From contig CAVQCJ010000002.1 of the NCBI GenBank assembly GCA_963711005.1, forward strand, positions 1,243,729 to 1,307,728: a stretch of 64,000 nt of DNA, read 5' to 3'. A program made the translations under genes and the position numbers. This stretch comes from an uncultured Actinomycetota bacterium (GTDB lineage: Bacteria > Actinomycetota > Actinomycetes > Prado026). Positions 10,754 through 22,985 of the stretch are shown piece by piece. A model generated the notes under the pieces. That model had not been told where the DNA came from. It searched no databases and worked only from the letters and a program-made list of their open reading frames with translations. The number at the start of each line of letters is the position of its first letter. The stretch's first letter is position 1.

Positions 10754-12424
10754 TGCGGGCCTCGTTGGCGCGGCGAAGACGAGCTCGCCCTCGACGTAGG
10801 TGCGGGTCGACGCGGGTGTCGGCGATCTGGTCGGACGGCCGGCGAACGGGTCGCGGTCGAGCACGACGAGGTCGGCGAGCGCGCCCGGCGTCAGCCGCCG
10901 CCGTCGTCGTCCAGGTGGTTCACGTACGCGCTGCCTGCGGTGTAGGCGGTCAGCGCCGTCGGCGAGGGTGATCGCGGCTGCGCGGGTAGAGCGGCTCGCG
11001 CGTCCTCGCCCGGCGACGAGCCGGTTGACCGCGACGTGGATGCCTGCCAGCGGGTCCGCGCTGCTGACCGACCAGTCGCTGCCGGCGGCCAGCCGGCGCG
11101 CCGGCCCGCAGCAGGTCGCCGAACGGGTACTGCCAGCGCCGACCGCGGTCGCGCCGAGGAACGGGATGGTCAGCTCGTCCATCTGCGGCTCGTGCGCGGC
11201 CCACAGCGGCTGGATGTTCGCGACCGCGCCGAGCTGCGGCGAACCGGGGGATGTCGTCGGGGTGCACCACCTGCAGGTGGGCCAGGTGGTGCCGGCCGTC
11301 GCTCGGGCCGTTGGCGGCCCGGGCCGCCTCGATCGCGTCCAGCGCCTCGCGCACGGCCCGGTCGCCGAGGGCGTGGAAGTGCACCTGGAAGCCCGCGGCG
11401 TCGAGCTCGGTCACGTGCTCGCGCAGCGCGACCGGGTCGACGAAGCTGAGCCCGGCGTTGCCGGTCGCGGCAGCCGCAGCCGTCCAGGTACGGCTCGAGC
11501 ATCGCGGCGGTGAAGTTCTCGGCGACGCCGTCCTGCATGATCTTGACGCTGGTGGCCGGCGAACCGGCCGGCCTGGCCGCGCGCCCGCCGCTCGACCAGC
11601 TCGGCGATCTGCTCGCGCGCCGCGCTCGCGGTCCCACCACAGCGCGCCGACCACCGCGCGCCTTGAGCGTCGCCGTCGCGGCCGCGGCCGCAGGTAGGCG
11701 TGCAGGATGTCGGCGTGGCCCGAAGCACGCTCGCCGACCGCGGCGTCCTGCCACGCCGTGATGCCGAGCGAGAACAGGAGCTCCTGGGCCGCGCAGCAGC
11801 CCGGCGACGCAGGTCGGCCGCGGTGGGCTCGGGCAGCAGCCGGGCGACCAGCACGGCCGGCGCCCTCGTGCAGCGTGCCGGTCGGCGCGCCGTCCGGCGT
11901 CGCGCTCGATCCGACCGTCGGCCGGGTCCGGGTGTCGCGCGTCGATGCCGGCGAGCTCGAGCGCCCGGGTGTTCACCCAGGCGCCGTGGCCGTCCCGGTT
12001 GGTCAGGAAGACCGGGCGGTCCGGCGACGACCGCGTCGAGCAGCTGCCGGGTCGGCGTACCGCCGGGGAAGGGCTCCATCGACCAGCCGCCGCCGACGAT
12101 CCACTCCAGGTCGGGGTTGCCGGCGGCGTACGCCGCGACCGCGTCGAGCGCCTCCTCGGCCGACGTCGTGCCGTGCAGGTCGCACCGCAGCATCGGCGAC
12201 GCCGCCCATCACCGGGTGCACGTGCGCGTCCTGGAAGCCCGGGAGCAGCAGCCCGCCGGCCAGGTCGACGACCTCGGTGCCGGGCCGACGAGCTCGCGCA
12301 GCTCGTCGTCCGGGCCGACCGCGGCGATCCGCCCGCCGCGGACGGCGACGCCGGCGCGGCCGGTCCGTGGCCGGGGCCGTGAAGACCGACCCGCCCACGA
12401 AGAGCGTGTCGACGTGCTGCCCAT
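10750..12424 (-). pseudogene. metal-dependent amidohydrolase (amidohydrolase-3 / TIM-barrel type), multiple frameshifts
   Basis: Stitched fragments: [23 protein letters not shown] (ORF 12209..12424), [13 protein letters not shown] (HxH metal site), [47 protein letters not shown]. The stop position is inferred (TGA overlapping the SBP ATG). Confidence 0.65.
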
Positions 12425-12560
12425 ATCGTCTCCTCCGACTCCGGCCCCCGGGCGTGGGTGCAGACATGAGCCGTCGGACGTAGGTCCGAGTCAACGGTGT
12501 TGCTCGGCGCCGTCCGACTAGACGGTCTCGGATCTGACGCCCGGACCGAGGAGGCAGACC

Positions 12561-13242
12561 GTGGTGACGCAGCCAGAGCCGGACGTCCACCCGTCCACGG
12601 CCGCAGCTCGACGCGGACACGATCCTCGACGCCGCCCTGCGGCTGGCCCGCGCCGGAGGGCACCGAGCGCTCACGGTCCGGACGCTCGGCGACGAGCTCG
12701 GCGCCGACCCGACGGCGATCTACCGGCACTTCCGCGACAAGGACGCGCTGGTTCGCGGCCGCGATCGACCGGCTCATCGGCGAGGCGCCGCCGGGTCGAC
12801 GCCACGGCCGACTGGCGGACCCGGCTCACGCGCTCGCCGAGGTCACGCTGGAGATCTTCACCGCGCACCCCACGATCGGGGCCGAGGCGGCCACCCAGAC
12901 CACCGGCGGGCGGGCGAGCTCGCGGCCGTCGACCTGATCATCCGGGCGATGGTCGAGGCGGGCCTGGGCCGGACGACTCGGTCCGCTACTACGCGGTCTT
13001 CTCCTCGTACCTGCTCGCGTTCTGCAGCGCGCAGGCGCGGACGCTGCTGGTCGCCGGCCCGACGGCGGACGACGACGATCCGCGCTGGATCGGCGGCTCG
13101 TCGCGCTCCGCGCCAACCGGCTCCCGGCCGTGGCGGCGGTTCGGGACCAGCTCGAGGCCCTGCGCGACCGGGACGTCTACCGGGTCGGGGTCGAGGTCAT
13201 CCTGGACGCCGTGGAGGCCCGCGCGCGCGCCGCGGCGTCCTA
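12561..13242 (+). pseudogene. TetR-family transcriptional regulator, frameshifted
   Basis: HTH segment [27 protein letters not shown], visible in one frame (hand translation around 12660-12760; the frame of ORF 12497..12937 continues from there as [12 protein letters not shown]). The C-terminal part YYAVFSSYLLAFCSAQ is in another frame (ORF 12561..13460). Divergent from the amidohydrolase/ABC cluster. Confidence 0.65.
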
Positions 13243-13243
13243 G

Positions 13244-13460
13244 GATGCGGCTCGTGGACGACGACCTGCTGCGCAACGACCTCGACCGGCTCCAGACCAC
13301 ACGCGCCGACGTGTACGCGATCCTCGTCGACGACCCGACCCAGGGCTTCCCGCCGACCGAGGACCTGATCCAGACCGGGCTGTTCAGCGAGCTCGAGGAC
13401 GGCCTGCTCTACCTGCCGCAGGGCGCCCAGGACTGGCTCCGCGCCAACCGCAGCGCCTGA
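13244..13460 (+). CDS. small acidic hypothetical protein (71 aa)
   Basis: ATG one nucleotide after the TetR stop. MRLVDDDLLRNDLDRLQTTRADVYAILVDDPTQGFPPTEDLIQTGLFSELEDGLLYLPQGAQDWLRANRSA has non-GC-artefact composition. No family recognised. Confidence 0.4.
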
Positions 13461-13487
13461 CCCAGCGCCTGAGGTCGGCGTCGAGGA

Positions 13488-14732
13488 TCAGGTGACGGCG
13501 CCGGGGACGGCGTAGACGTCGACGATCCGCCCGGCCGACGTGACGATCCGCCCGTTGGCGACCGCGATCGTGGACACCGGGTCGGACCAGATCGAGAACC
13601 CGAAGCCGTACTGGTCCGGCACCTCGGTCCCGTCCGATGTGCGAACGACCGTGTTGAACGCCCCACCCGAGAACACCAGACCGGCAGCCACCGCGACCGG
13701 ATGCCCGCCGACGCCGTACTGGGAGCTCTGCCAGGCCAGCGAGCCGTTCGAGTTGCGCAGCGCGCACAGCGTGTTCGCGTCGCAGTCGGTGTAGACGTGC
13801 GTCGCGTCGACGGCGCGTGCGCTGCCGACCGAGACCTTCGACCAGCGGGTCGCGCCGGTCGCCGGGTTGAGCGCGGTCAGCGCCCCGGTCGCGTTGTTGA
13901 CGACGTACGCGACGGTGCCGCCGGGACCGGCGCTGTCGCCGCGCTGGACGTCCCAGTCCCCGGCCTTCTTCCACACGAGTGCACCCGTGCTCAGCGAGTG
14001 ACCCTCGAGCCGCGGGCTCAGGTTCGGCGCGCAGCCCTCGACGATGATGATGTTGCGCACCACGATCGGCAGGCCCATCCCGTCACAGGTACCGGGTGCG
14101 TACTGCCACTGGACGGCCCCGGTCGTCGGCGACAGCGAGACCAGGTCGCCGGCGCCGCCGGCCTCGAAGCCGGTGAACAGCACGTGCCCGTTCCACACGG
14201 TCATGTTCGCCGGGCCGGGGTCGAAGAACTGGCTCCACACCTGGGCGCCGGTGGCGATGTTGAAGGCGGTGACACTGCCGGACGGGTCGCTCTGCGAGAT
14301 GCAGTCCTCGCGCGCCACGATGACGTTGTTCCCCACCACGGCGAGGTTCGGGTAGTACGTCGCGAGCGAGGTGTCGAGGGCGACCCACCACAGCGTGTGG
14401 TTGTTGGTGAGGTCGACAGCGAACAGCCGGCCGGTGAGCACGACGAACATGCGGTGGTCGACGACGACCGGCTGGGTGCCACGCCGGCGCCGCAGCCGGG
14501 AAGCTGCGGGTCGGTGGGCGGCGCCGTCCGGCTCTTGGAGAACGCGACGCTCTTGATGCTGGTCGCGTTCACGATGGTCTCGTTGCTGTTGAACGACGAT
14601 CGCGCGGCGCCGTAGTCGCCCTGGCGCCAGGGCGCGGCACCGGCGGCTCTTCGGGGGGCGGCGGTCGCCGCCAGGACTGCCGTGGCGATCCCGCCGACGA
14701 GGGACGGCGGCGGACGTTCGGCTGACGCGCAT
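13488..14732 (-). pseudogene. secreted PQQ-like beta-propeller repeat protein, N-terminal region frameshifted
   Basis: The C-terminal roughly 330 aa of ORF 13488..14732 show repeated propeller blades (LFAVDLTNNHTLWW, VTAFNIATGAQVW, LSPTTGAVQWQY, SLSTGALVWKK, LNPATGATRWS, NGSLAWQ). The signal-like N-terminus ([23 protein letters not shown]) lies in the frame of ORF 14201..14770. Confidence 0.7.
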
Positions 14733-14841
14733 GGCGGCGCCCCCGGGCGTGGACCTGTGCTCAGCCGCAACCTACTCGCGATTCACGCATTCCGACACGG
14801 GTGCCGGAAGTCGTACGGTGGCCAGCGGAGGTGAGGCCGCG

Positions 14842-15599
14842 ATGCTCGGGCTCCCGGACGGCGTGACGACCTGCCTGTTCGACCTCGACGGCGTGCTCAC
14901 CGACACCGCGTCGGTCCACGACGCCGCCTGGAAGGAGATGTTCGACGCCTTCCTGCGGGCCCGGCGCCGCGCGCGAGCGGCGAGCCGTTCGTCCCGTTCG
15001 ACGCCGAGCGCGACTACGAGCAGTACGTCGACGGCAAGCCGCGGACGGACGGCGTGCGCGACTTCCTGGCCAGCCGCGGGATCACCCTGCCCGAGGGCGA
15101 CCCGGACGACCCGCCGACGGCGCCGACCGTGCAACGGGCTCGGCAACCGCAAGAACGACCTGGTCCTGCAGCGCATCCGACGCGAGGGCGTCGACGGTGT
15201 ACGAGGGCTCGCGCCGCTACCTGCAGGCGGTCCGCGCCGCCGGGCTGCGCCGCGCGGTCGTCTCCTCGCAGCGCGAACACCGCGGAGGTGCTCGAGGTGA
15301 CCGGGCTCGCGCCGCTCTTCGAGCTGCGGGTCGACGGCGTGACGATCCGCGACCGAGCACCTCGCCGGCAAGCCGGCGCCGGACACGTTCCTCGCGGCCG
15401 CCGGCCGGCTCGGCGTCGGCCCGGCCGCGGCGCGGTCTTCGAGGACGCGCTCGCCGGGGTGCGGCCGGCCGGGCCGGTGAGTTCGGCTACGTGGTCGGCG
15501 TCGACCGGGTCGGCCAGGCCGACGCGCTGCGCGCGCACGGCGCCGACGTCGTCGTCGCGGACCTCGCCGAGCTCTTGCGCACGGCGGGCGCGCGGTGAT
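14842..15599 (+). pseudogene. pgmB: beta-phosphoglucomutase (HAD family), frameshifted
   Basis: [22 protein letters not shown] (DxDG nucleophile motif), [24 protein letters not shown] and FEDALAGV are distributed over three frames. The gene overlaps the GTG start of the GH65 gene, the usual pairing. Confidence 0.7.
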
Positions 15600-17976
15600 C
15601 TCCAGCGCGCCGTACCCGGTCGAGCCGTGGTCGCGTCACGCGAGACCGGCGCTCGACCTCGACCTGCTGGCCCAGACCGAGTCGGTGTTCGCGCTGTCCA
15701 ACGGCCACATCGGGCTGCGCGGCAACCTCGACGAGGGCGAGCCGTACGGCCTGCCGGGCACCTACCTCAACGCGTTCTACGAGCTGCGGCCGCTGCCGTA
15801 CGCCGAGGCCGGCTACGGCTACCCGGAGTCGGGCCAGACCGTCATCAACGTGACCAACGGCAAGCTGATCCGGCTGCTGGTCGACGACGAGCCGTTCGAC
15901 GTGCGCTACGGCGAGCTGCACGAGCACCACGCGCGGTGCTCGACCTGCGCGCCGGCATCCTCGACCGCACGGTGCGACTGGCGTCGCCGGCGGGCAACCG
16001 GGTCGGGTGCGCTCGCGCCGGCTGGTGTCGTTCACCCAGCGCTCGGTCGCGGCGATCGACTACGAGGTCGAGCCGGTCGACCGAGCCGGTGCGCATCGTC
16101 GTCCAGTCCGAGCTGGTCGCCAACGAGCGCTGCCCGAGCGCGGCCGACCCGCGGGTGGCCGCGGTGCTCGAGCCCGCTGCAGGCGGTCGACCCACGACAG
16201 CGACGCGGCACTCGGGTCGTGCTGGTGCACCGCACCCGCGACAGCGGGCTGCTCGTGGCGCGCCGGCGATGGACCACCTCGTCGAGGTCGACGGCCGGGT
16301 CGAGACCGCCACGGTGGCCGCGCGCGACGACTGGGCCCGGCTCACGGTCGCCTGCGACGCTGCGCGCCGGGCGAGACGCTGCGGCTCGTCAAGCTGCTCG
16401 CCTACGGCTGGTCGGCCAGCGCTCCGCGCCCGCGCTGCGCGACCAGGTCGCCGCGCGCTCGACCGGCGCGCCGGCCACCGGCTGGGAGGGCCTGGTCGGC
16501 AGCAGCGCGCGTACCTCGACGACTTCTGGGACGGCGCCGACGTCGAGGTCGACGGCGACGCCGGAGCTGCAGCAGGCGGTCCGGTTCGCGCTGTTCCACG
16601 TGCTGCAGGCCGGGGCCCGGGCCGAGCGGCGGGCGATCCCGGCCAAGGGTCTGACCGGGCCCGGGCTACGACGGCCACACCTTCTGGGACACCGAGACGT
16701 TCGTGCTGCCGGTGCTCACCTACACCGCGCCGGAGGCGGCCGCCGACGCGCTGCGCTGGCGGCACTCGACCCTCGACCTGGCCACGCGCAGCGGGCCGCG
16801 CGAGCTCGGCCTTGCGGGCGCCGCCTTCCCGTGGCGGACCATCCACGGCGCAGGAGTGCTCCGGCTACTGGCCGGCCGGGCACGGCGGCCTTCCACATCA
16901 ACGCCGACATCGCCGACGCGGTGGTCCGCTACGTCACCGGCGACCGGCGACGAGGACTTCGACGCGGACGTCGGTGTCGAGCTGCTCGTCGAGACGGCCC
17001 GGCTGTGGCGGTCGCTCGGCCACCACGACCGCGCACGGCGGTTCCGCATCGACGGCGTCACCGGCCCCGACGAGTACAGCGCGCTCGCCGACAACAACGT
17101 CTACACGAACCTGATGGCCGCACGGAACCTGCGGGCGGCCGCCGCGGACGCTGCGACCGCCACCCGGAGCGCGCCCGGACGCTCGGGTCGCACGCGAGGA
17201 GGCGGCGTCGTGGCGCGACGCGGCCGCGGCCATGGTCGTGCCCTACGACGACGACGCTCGGCGTGCACCCGCAGAGCCGAGGGCTTCACCGCAGCACGCG
17301 GACTGGGACTTCGCCAGCACGCCCGAGCACTACCCGCTGCTGCTGCACTCCCCGTACTTCGACCTGTACCGCAAGCAGGTGGTCAAGCAGGCCGACCTGG
17401 TGCTCGCGATGCACTGTGCGGCGACGCGTTCACCCCCGAGCAGAAGGCGGCGCAACTTCGACTACTACGAGCGCTGCACCGTGCGCGACTCGTCGCTGTC
17501 GGCCTGCACCCAGGCGGTGCGTCGCCGCCGAGGTCGGCCACCTCGACCTGGCCTACGACTACTGCGCGCGAGGCGGCGCTGATGGACCTGCGCGACCTGC
17601 GAGCACACCCGCGACGGGCTGCACATGGCCTCGCTGGCCGGCGCCTGGATCGCGCTGGTCGCCGGCTTCGGCGGGATGCGCGACCACGGCGAGGTGCTCG
17701 TCGTTCGACCCCGCGCTGCCGGACGGGCTGACCCGGCTGTGCTTCTCGATCCGGCTGGCGGGGACTGCGGCTGATGGTGGACGTCGCGCCGGACCAGGTC
17801 ACGTACTCGGTCCGGGACGGCGAGGGAAGCTCGCTCACCCTCCGACACGCCGGCGAAGACATCGAGGTCCACCGACGCCCGGTGACCCGTGCCTGGCAGG
17901 GCGGGTCCCGCTGCTGCCGCGGCCGACGCAGCCGCCCGGGCGGGCTCCCGCGCTGTCCCGCCCGACGGGGCCGTGA
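15595..17976 (+). pseudogene. glycoside hydrolase family 65 phosphorylase (trehalose/maltose/kojibiose-type), many frameshifts
   Basis: N-terminus ...ESVFALSNGHIGLRGNLDEGEP...INVTNGKLIRLLVDDEPF, then the frame changes about 335 nt after the start. Later fragments FWDTETFVLPVLTYT, NADIADAVVRY, DNNVYTNLMAA and VVKQADLVLAMH lie in ORFs 15054..17114, 16703..17731 and 17232..17582. Confidence 0.75.
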
Positions 17977-18039
17977 GCTGGGCCTGCCGCACACCTGTTG
18001 GAGCCGGCCGCCGACCGGAGGAGCAGGTAAGCACCCCGG

Positions 18040-18148
18040 ACCGATGGCGACCTGCTCTCGCCCGTGGGGCAGGTCCGAAGCCGCGGACGAGATGGCGCTC
18101 ACACCCCGACAGACCTGCTCTCACCTGTGGGGGCAGGTCGCCATCGGT
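18040..18148. repeat. 109-nt element with 16-bp perfect terminal inverted repeats enclosing two copies of a ~27-nt hairpin
   Basis: accgatggcgacctgc (18040-18055) is the exact reverse complement of gcaggtcgccatcggt (18133-18148). Inside are the hairpins gacctgc-tctcgcccgtgg-ggcaggtc (18049-18075) and gacctgc-tctcacctgtggg-ggcaggtc (18112-18139). Confidence 0.6.
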
Positions 18149-18197
18149 GCGGGGGGCATGCGGCGGGAGTAAAGCCTGGACAGCCGCGGGCGAGCGA

Positions 18198-18240
18198 CCG
18201 CGCTGAACGGTTCCAGCCGCGCTGAACGGTTCCGGCCGCG
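18198..18240. repeat. tandem direct repeat, 2.3 copies of a 19-mer
   Basis: ccgcgctgaacggttccag (18198-18216), ccgcgctgaacggttccgg (18217-18235), then ccgcg. Confidence 0.7.
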
Positions 18241-18289
18241 CGGACGTACCGTCAGACGTGGTCTCGGTCCGGCAGGGACGAACGGCGCG

Positions 18290-19371
18290 ATGGGTCACCG
18301 TGCTCGCCGGCACCGGCGCGCTCGCGGCTACCCCGTTGCTGCTCGGGGCGGCCGCCGGCCGGGTCACCGGGTTGCCGCCGACGACGTCGTCGCGGACGCC
18401 CTGAGGTCGGCGGTGGTCGCGCTCCGGGCTGGTCCAGGTCGACGGCTGGCTCGGCCTGCCCACGCTTGCGCTGCAGAACGACGCGACCGCGCAGCTGGAC
18501 CACCGAGCACCCGGGTCCGTACCTGGTGGGTCTCGCCGACGGTGTGGCGGACCGACACGCTCACCCTCACCGGGCAGCGCGAGGAGGGCGCCGCGACGGG
18601 CGCCACACTCGCCTGGGACCACGGGCGCAACACCGTGCTGATCCGGCAGACGCTGCCCGGGCTCCGGCTGCCCAGGACCGCCGACCTGATGCCGCCGGCA
18701 GCCGCCAGGACGCTGCTCGCCTGGTTGTCGCCGAGCGACCGGCTGCGCCCGCTGCCGCCGGGCGAGATCGCCGGCCACGACGCCTCCGGCGTCCAGGTCG
18801 TGAGCGGGGAGCGGAGCAGCTCGGTGGCGGCTCTGGACGTGTGGTCGACAGCCTCACCGGCCTGCCGCTGGAGGTCGACCTGTACACCCGCGGCAACGCC
18901 GAACCGGTCTTCCGCACGCGGTTCCTCGACGTGTCCACCCAGCGGCCCGACCCGGCGGTGGTGTCCCCGGTGCTGTCCGGCCAGGCGGGCTGGTCGACCT
19001 CGCGCCCGGACATCGTGTCGGCGATCCGGTCGGCCGGCAGCACGCTGTTCCCCGACTCGCTGTCGGGCTCCGGCACGGCCGGCGCCGGGCTCCCGACCGG
19101 GATCGCGACCTACGGCGGCGGCTTCGCCCGGCTCGCGCTGCTCGAGCTGCCGCCCCGGCTGGTGCCGCGGGTGCAGGCGGCGGTGGGCGCGCAGACCGTG
19201 GACGTCGGCACCGGTCGGGCGGCTGTGCTGCGCAGCCGGCTGCTCCAGGTCGCGGTGATCGAGACCGCGGACGGTCGCGGCTACCTGCTGGCCGGCACCG
19301 TCACCGGCGACGCGATGGACGCCGCCGTACGAGCCACGCTGGCCGACCTGCCTGGCGGGCCGGCCGGGTGA
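18290..19371 (+). pseudogene. hypothetical secreted/membrane-anchored protein, frameshifted (function unknown)
   Basis: The plausible protein sequence is spread over two frames. ORF 18290..19258 carries TWWVSPTVWRTDTLTLTGQREEG...LIRQTLPG. ORF 18466..19371 carries VVDSLTGLPLEVDLYTRGNAEPVFRTRFLDVST...GYLLAGTVTGDAMDAAVRATLADL. The start is uncertain. Confidence 0.45.
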
Positions 19372-19380
19372 TCACCTCGG

Positions 19381-20671
19381 TCAGCCGTCGGGATCGGCCG
19401 CGCCCGGTTGCGCTGCGGACTTGTCGCGCGAGACCAGACCCTTGACCCACCGCTGCCCCGGCGCACGCCTCGGTCCCGTCGCTGCTTGGGCGCTGGCGGC
19501 GGCGCCGGCCGGGGCCAGCGACGGCAGCAGCTCGTACTTGCGCGCGTAGATGTCCAGCGAGCGCGAGCAGCAGCGCGGCGACCGGGACGGCCAGCAGCGC
19601 ACCGGCGGCGCCGAACAGCGCTGCGCCGAACATGACGGCGGCGAACGACACCGCGGGATGGATGTCGACCGCCTTCGCGCTGATCTGCGGCTCGAGCGTG
19701 AGGTTCTCGACCTGCTGGTAGACCAGCGCCCAGATCAGCGCCAGCACGCCCTGGATCGGGTTGTCCGAGCAGGCCGACGATCACCGGCAGGATGATCGAG
19801 ATGTACGTGCCGATGGTCGGCACGAACTGCGCGACCACGCCGGTCCAGATCGCCGAGGATCAGCCAGTACGGCATCCCGATGATGAACAGGAACAGATCG
19901 CTGTCGTCGCGCCGTTGATGGTGGCCAGGATGACGCGTGCAGCCACGTAACCGCCGGTCTTCTCGACGGACAGGTCCCAGACCGTGACGACGACCGGCTG
20001 GCATCGCGGGCGAACAGCTGGGCGACCTAGCGCTTCAGCCGCGGCGCGTCAGCGGAGAAGTAGAACGTGAACAGGCAGGAACGTGAACAGCGGAGAAGAA
20101 CGCGCCGAGCAGCGACACGACGAACCCCAGACACCGCCGGCGAGCTCCTTGGCCCAGGTCGTCAGCGTGTCCTGGGTGATGCCGACCGCGTACAGCGCGT
20201 CGGTCTGGCTGTAGTCGGTGCCGAAGCGCTCGTTGACCCAGTCCAGCGCGGCCGCCGCGAGCGCCGGGAAGGGCCTTGACGGCCTCGATCAGCTGGTCGG
20301 CGATGAGCTTGCCGAAGGCGGATCGCGAACACGATGCCGAAGACCCCGACGGCGAGCATCACCAGGCCGGTGGCCGCGCCCGGCGCATCCGGCGCGACAG
20401 CCGGGCGACCGCCGGCTCCATCGCGATCGACGCGAACCACGCGATCAGCAGCGTGAAGAAGACCGAGCCGCCGTCGTCGAGCACGAACCAGCCGAAGCAG
20501 CAGGCTCGCCAGGACGATGACGATGGTCCCGGCCCGCCAGACGCTGCGCTGCTCGACGGCCACGAAGACGCGCACCGTGTCCTCGCCCGCGGCGACCGAC
20601 CGCGACGAGGCTGCGCCCCGGTGCCGGTTGTTGGCCGGTTCCGCGGTCGGCACCGGAGCCTCGTCGTCCAT
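19381..20671 (-). pseudogene. AI-2E family (PerM-like) transporter, frameshifted
   Basis: Fragments: IWALVYQQVENLTLEPQISAKAVDIHPAVSFAAVMFGAALFGAAGALLAVPVAA (ORF 19301..19747), VPTIGTYISIILPVIVGL (ORF 19281..19838), and the C-terminal tail in ORF 19381..19602. Confidence 0.65.
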
Positions 20672-20748
20672 CGCCGTCGCCTCCTCGCGGCCGCGGAAAC
20701 CCTAGCCCTGGCCGCGTTCTGACCAGGTGGAGGCTCGACCTCCCCCGG

Positions 20749-22221
20749 TCACGACCGCTGGTGGACGGTGCCGAGCCGGCAGCAGGACGCCGGGGGCGAG
20801 CAGGCCCGCCGGGTCGAGCGCGCGCTTGACGGCGGCGCATCGCGGCGAGGTCGGCGGCCGAGCGGCTCAGCGACGAGCCAGCGGCACCTTGGCCCGGCCG
20901 ACCCCGTGCTCGGCGCTGATGCTGCCGCCGAGGTCGGCCACCCGGCGCAGGACGGCGTCGGTCGACCGCGTCGGTCCGCCTCGTGCGTGCCGCCGGCCGA
21001 GCGAACGTTGACGTGCAGGTTGCCCTCGGCCAGGTGGCCGAACACGACGACCTGCGGGTCCGGTGGACCGGCACCACTGAGGCGCCCGGACCAGACCGCG
21101 AGCTCGTCGACGAAGGCCGGCCAGCGCCGTGCAGCGGTACGGACACGTCCAGCTTGACCGGCGCGCCCGGCCGCGAGCGCCTCGGTGTGCGCCTCCCGGT
21201 ACCGCCACAGCCGCTGCGCGCCGCCGGGTCCGCGGCGACGACCGCGTCGCGTCACGTCCGGGCTGGTCGAGAGCGCCGCCAGAGGACGTCGGCCGGTCCG
21301 CCGGGCCGACTTCGGCCCGTCGACCTCGACGAGCAGGTACGCCGGGTGCGCGCCGGGAACGGGCCCGCCAGGCCGGTCACCGCCCGGACCAGCGTCGAGC
21401 CCGTCCGCGAGCACCAGCTCGGCCGCGGTCAGCTGGCGCCGGGAGCCGGTCGCGCAGTGCGGACAGGACCGCCAGCGCCGCGGCGACGCCGGCGACCCCG
21501 ACCAGCGCGACGGCCGCGGAAGCGCCGCGAGCGGCACCAGCCGCAGCCGCAGCCTGGGTCAGCACGCCGAGCGTGCCCTCGCTGCCGACGAGCAGCTGCT
21601 CGAGGTCGTACCCGGTGTTGTCCTTGGCCGGGCGGTCGAGCCGGCCGACCACGCGACGCCGTCGGCCAGGACCGCCTCCAGCCCGGCCACCTGGGCCGCG
21701 CATCGGGCCGTACCGCACGACCCGCTCGCCGCCGGCGTTCGTCGCGACCATGCCGCCGACGGTGGCGGAGCCCGCGCGAGCCCAGGTCGACGCCGAGGTC
21801 CCAGCCGAGCGGGCGGACGCGGTCCTGCACCGACGCCAGGGTGGCGCCGGCCCCGACGAGCACCGACGCCGTGCCGCCCGTGGACTCGACGGCGCCGACG
21901 GCGTCCATGCGGCGCGGTGCTGAGCAGCGACCTCGCCACCGGCCGGGACGCCGCCGCCGACCAGGCCGGTGTTGCCGCCCTGCACCACGACCGGCGACGC
22001 CCGGCCGTCGCGCAGACGCCGAGCACGGTCGCGCCGACCTGGTCGGTGTCGGCGGGCCGGACCACCGGCCGCGGCCCGGCCGTGGAACCGCCCGGTCCAG
22101 TCGGACTCGTACGACGCGGTGAGTCGGGGTCGGTCAGCACGTGGGCGTCGCCGACGGCTCGGCGCAGGTCGGCGAGCACCGGCCGCACCGCTGCTCGGCC
22201 CGACCGCGTCCATCGCCGCAT
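20749..22221 (-). pseudogene. FAD-linked oxidase (GlcD / D-lactate dehydrogenase-like), multiple frameshifts
   Basis: Fragments: [35 protein letters not shown] (PCMH FAD-binding domain), [60 protein letters not shown]. These lie in ORFs 21377..22213, 21559..22620, 20749..21537 and 20867..21208. Confidence 0.7.
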
Positions 22222-22275
22222 GATGCCGTGCAGCGGTGGTAGGCGTGTCTGCAGCGCGATGTCTGCTGAGCGTCG

Positions 22276-22647
22276 ATGGCAGGGAATCAGGCGACCGGAC
22301 TGACCTACGGCTGGCAAACTGTCGATTGTACCACGGCAGGTACGGACTTGTCGTGGTACAGCGGACAGCCTGCGACGGTGCCGACCGAACGCCCGAACCG
22401 CGTGCGCGAGCGCCGTCTGCGGTTCGGCGACGTCGTGCGCGAGCGCCGGGCCGAGCTCGGGCTGAGCCAGGAGGCGCTCGCCGAGCGGTGCGGCGTCGAC
22501 CGCAAGAGCATCAGCCGGGTCGAGACCGGCACGTTCTCGCCGAGCCTGGACCGGGTGTGGCGGCTCGCCGACGGGCTCGACCTGCCGATCAGCGCGCTGT
22601 TCGCCGAGCTCGGCGAACAACCGCCGAGCCGCCGCCGCAAGCGCTGA
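22276..22647 (+). CDS. XRE-family helix-turn-helix transcriptional regulator
   Basis: [61 protein letters not shown] is a classic HTH_3 pattern. The true start is probably downstream of 22276. Confidence 0.75.
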   Translation: MAGNQATGLTYGWQTVDCTTAGTDLSWYSGQPATVPTERPNRVRERRLRFGDVVRERRAELGLSQEALAERCGVDRKSISRVETGTFSPSLDRVWRLADGLDLPISALFAELGEQPPSRRRKR

Positions 22648-22985
22648 CGAGCAAGGCGGACCGCCCCGGACCCCGGAAGGGCACTCCCGGCGGGGCGGCC
22701 CACCTGCCGGTCGCGTCCCCGAGGGAGCCGCCCGCCGGGAGGTCCGGGAGGCGACGGGACAGGGGGCCGAGACCGCCGCCCCCGAACGCGAACGCGACCC
22801 GATCGACTGTTCCGGCGCACGACCCTGCCGGTCAACGATGCGCCGCTGTCCGGCTCACGACATGTCCACATCTGGACACCACATTCCGCACCGGCTCTCG
22901 CGTCCGCCCGGCTCGGTCCTGCACCCTGTTCGCGCGCGAACCCACGGGGGAGCTCCGCCGGAGTCGGGCAGAGAGGGTCGATCAG

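Noticed and set aside
18198-18240. Short direct repeats considered as a possible CRISPR remnant.
   Set aside because: The 19-mers are contiguous with no spacers, there are only 2.3 copies, and no cas genes are in the window.
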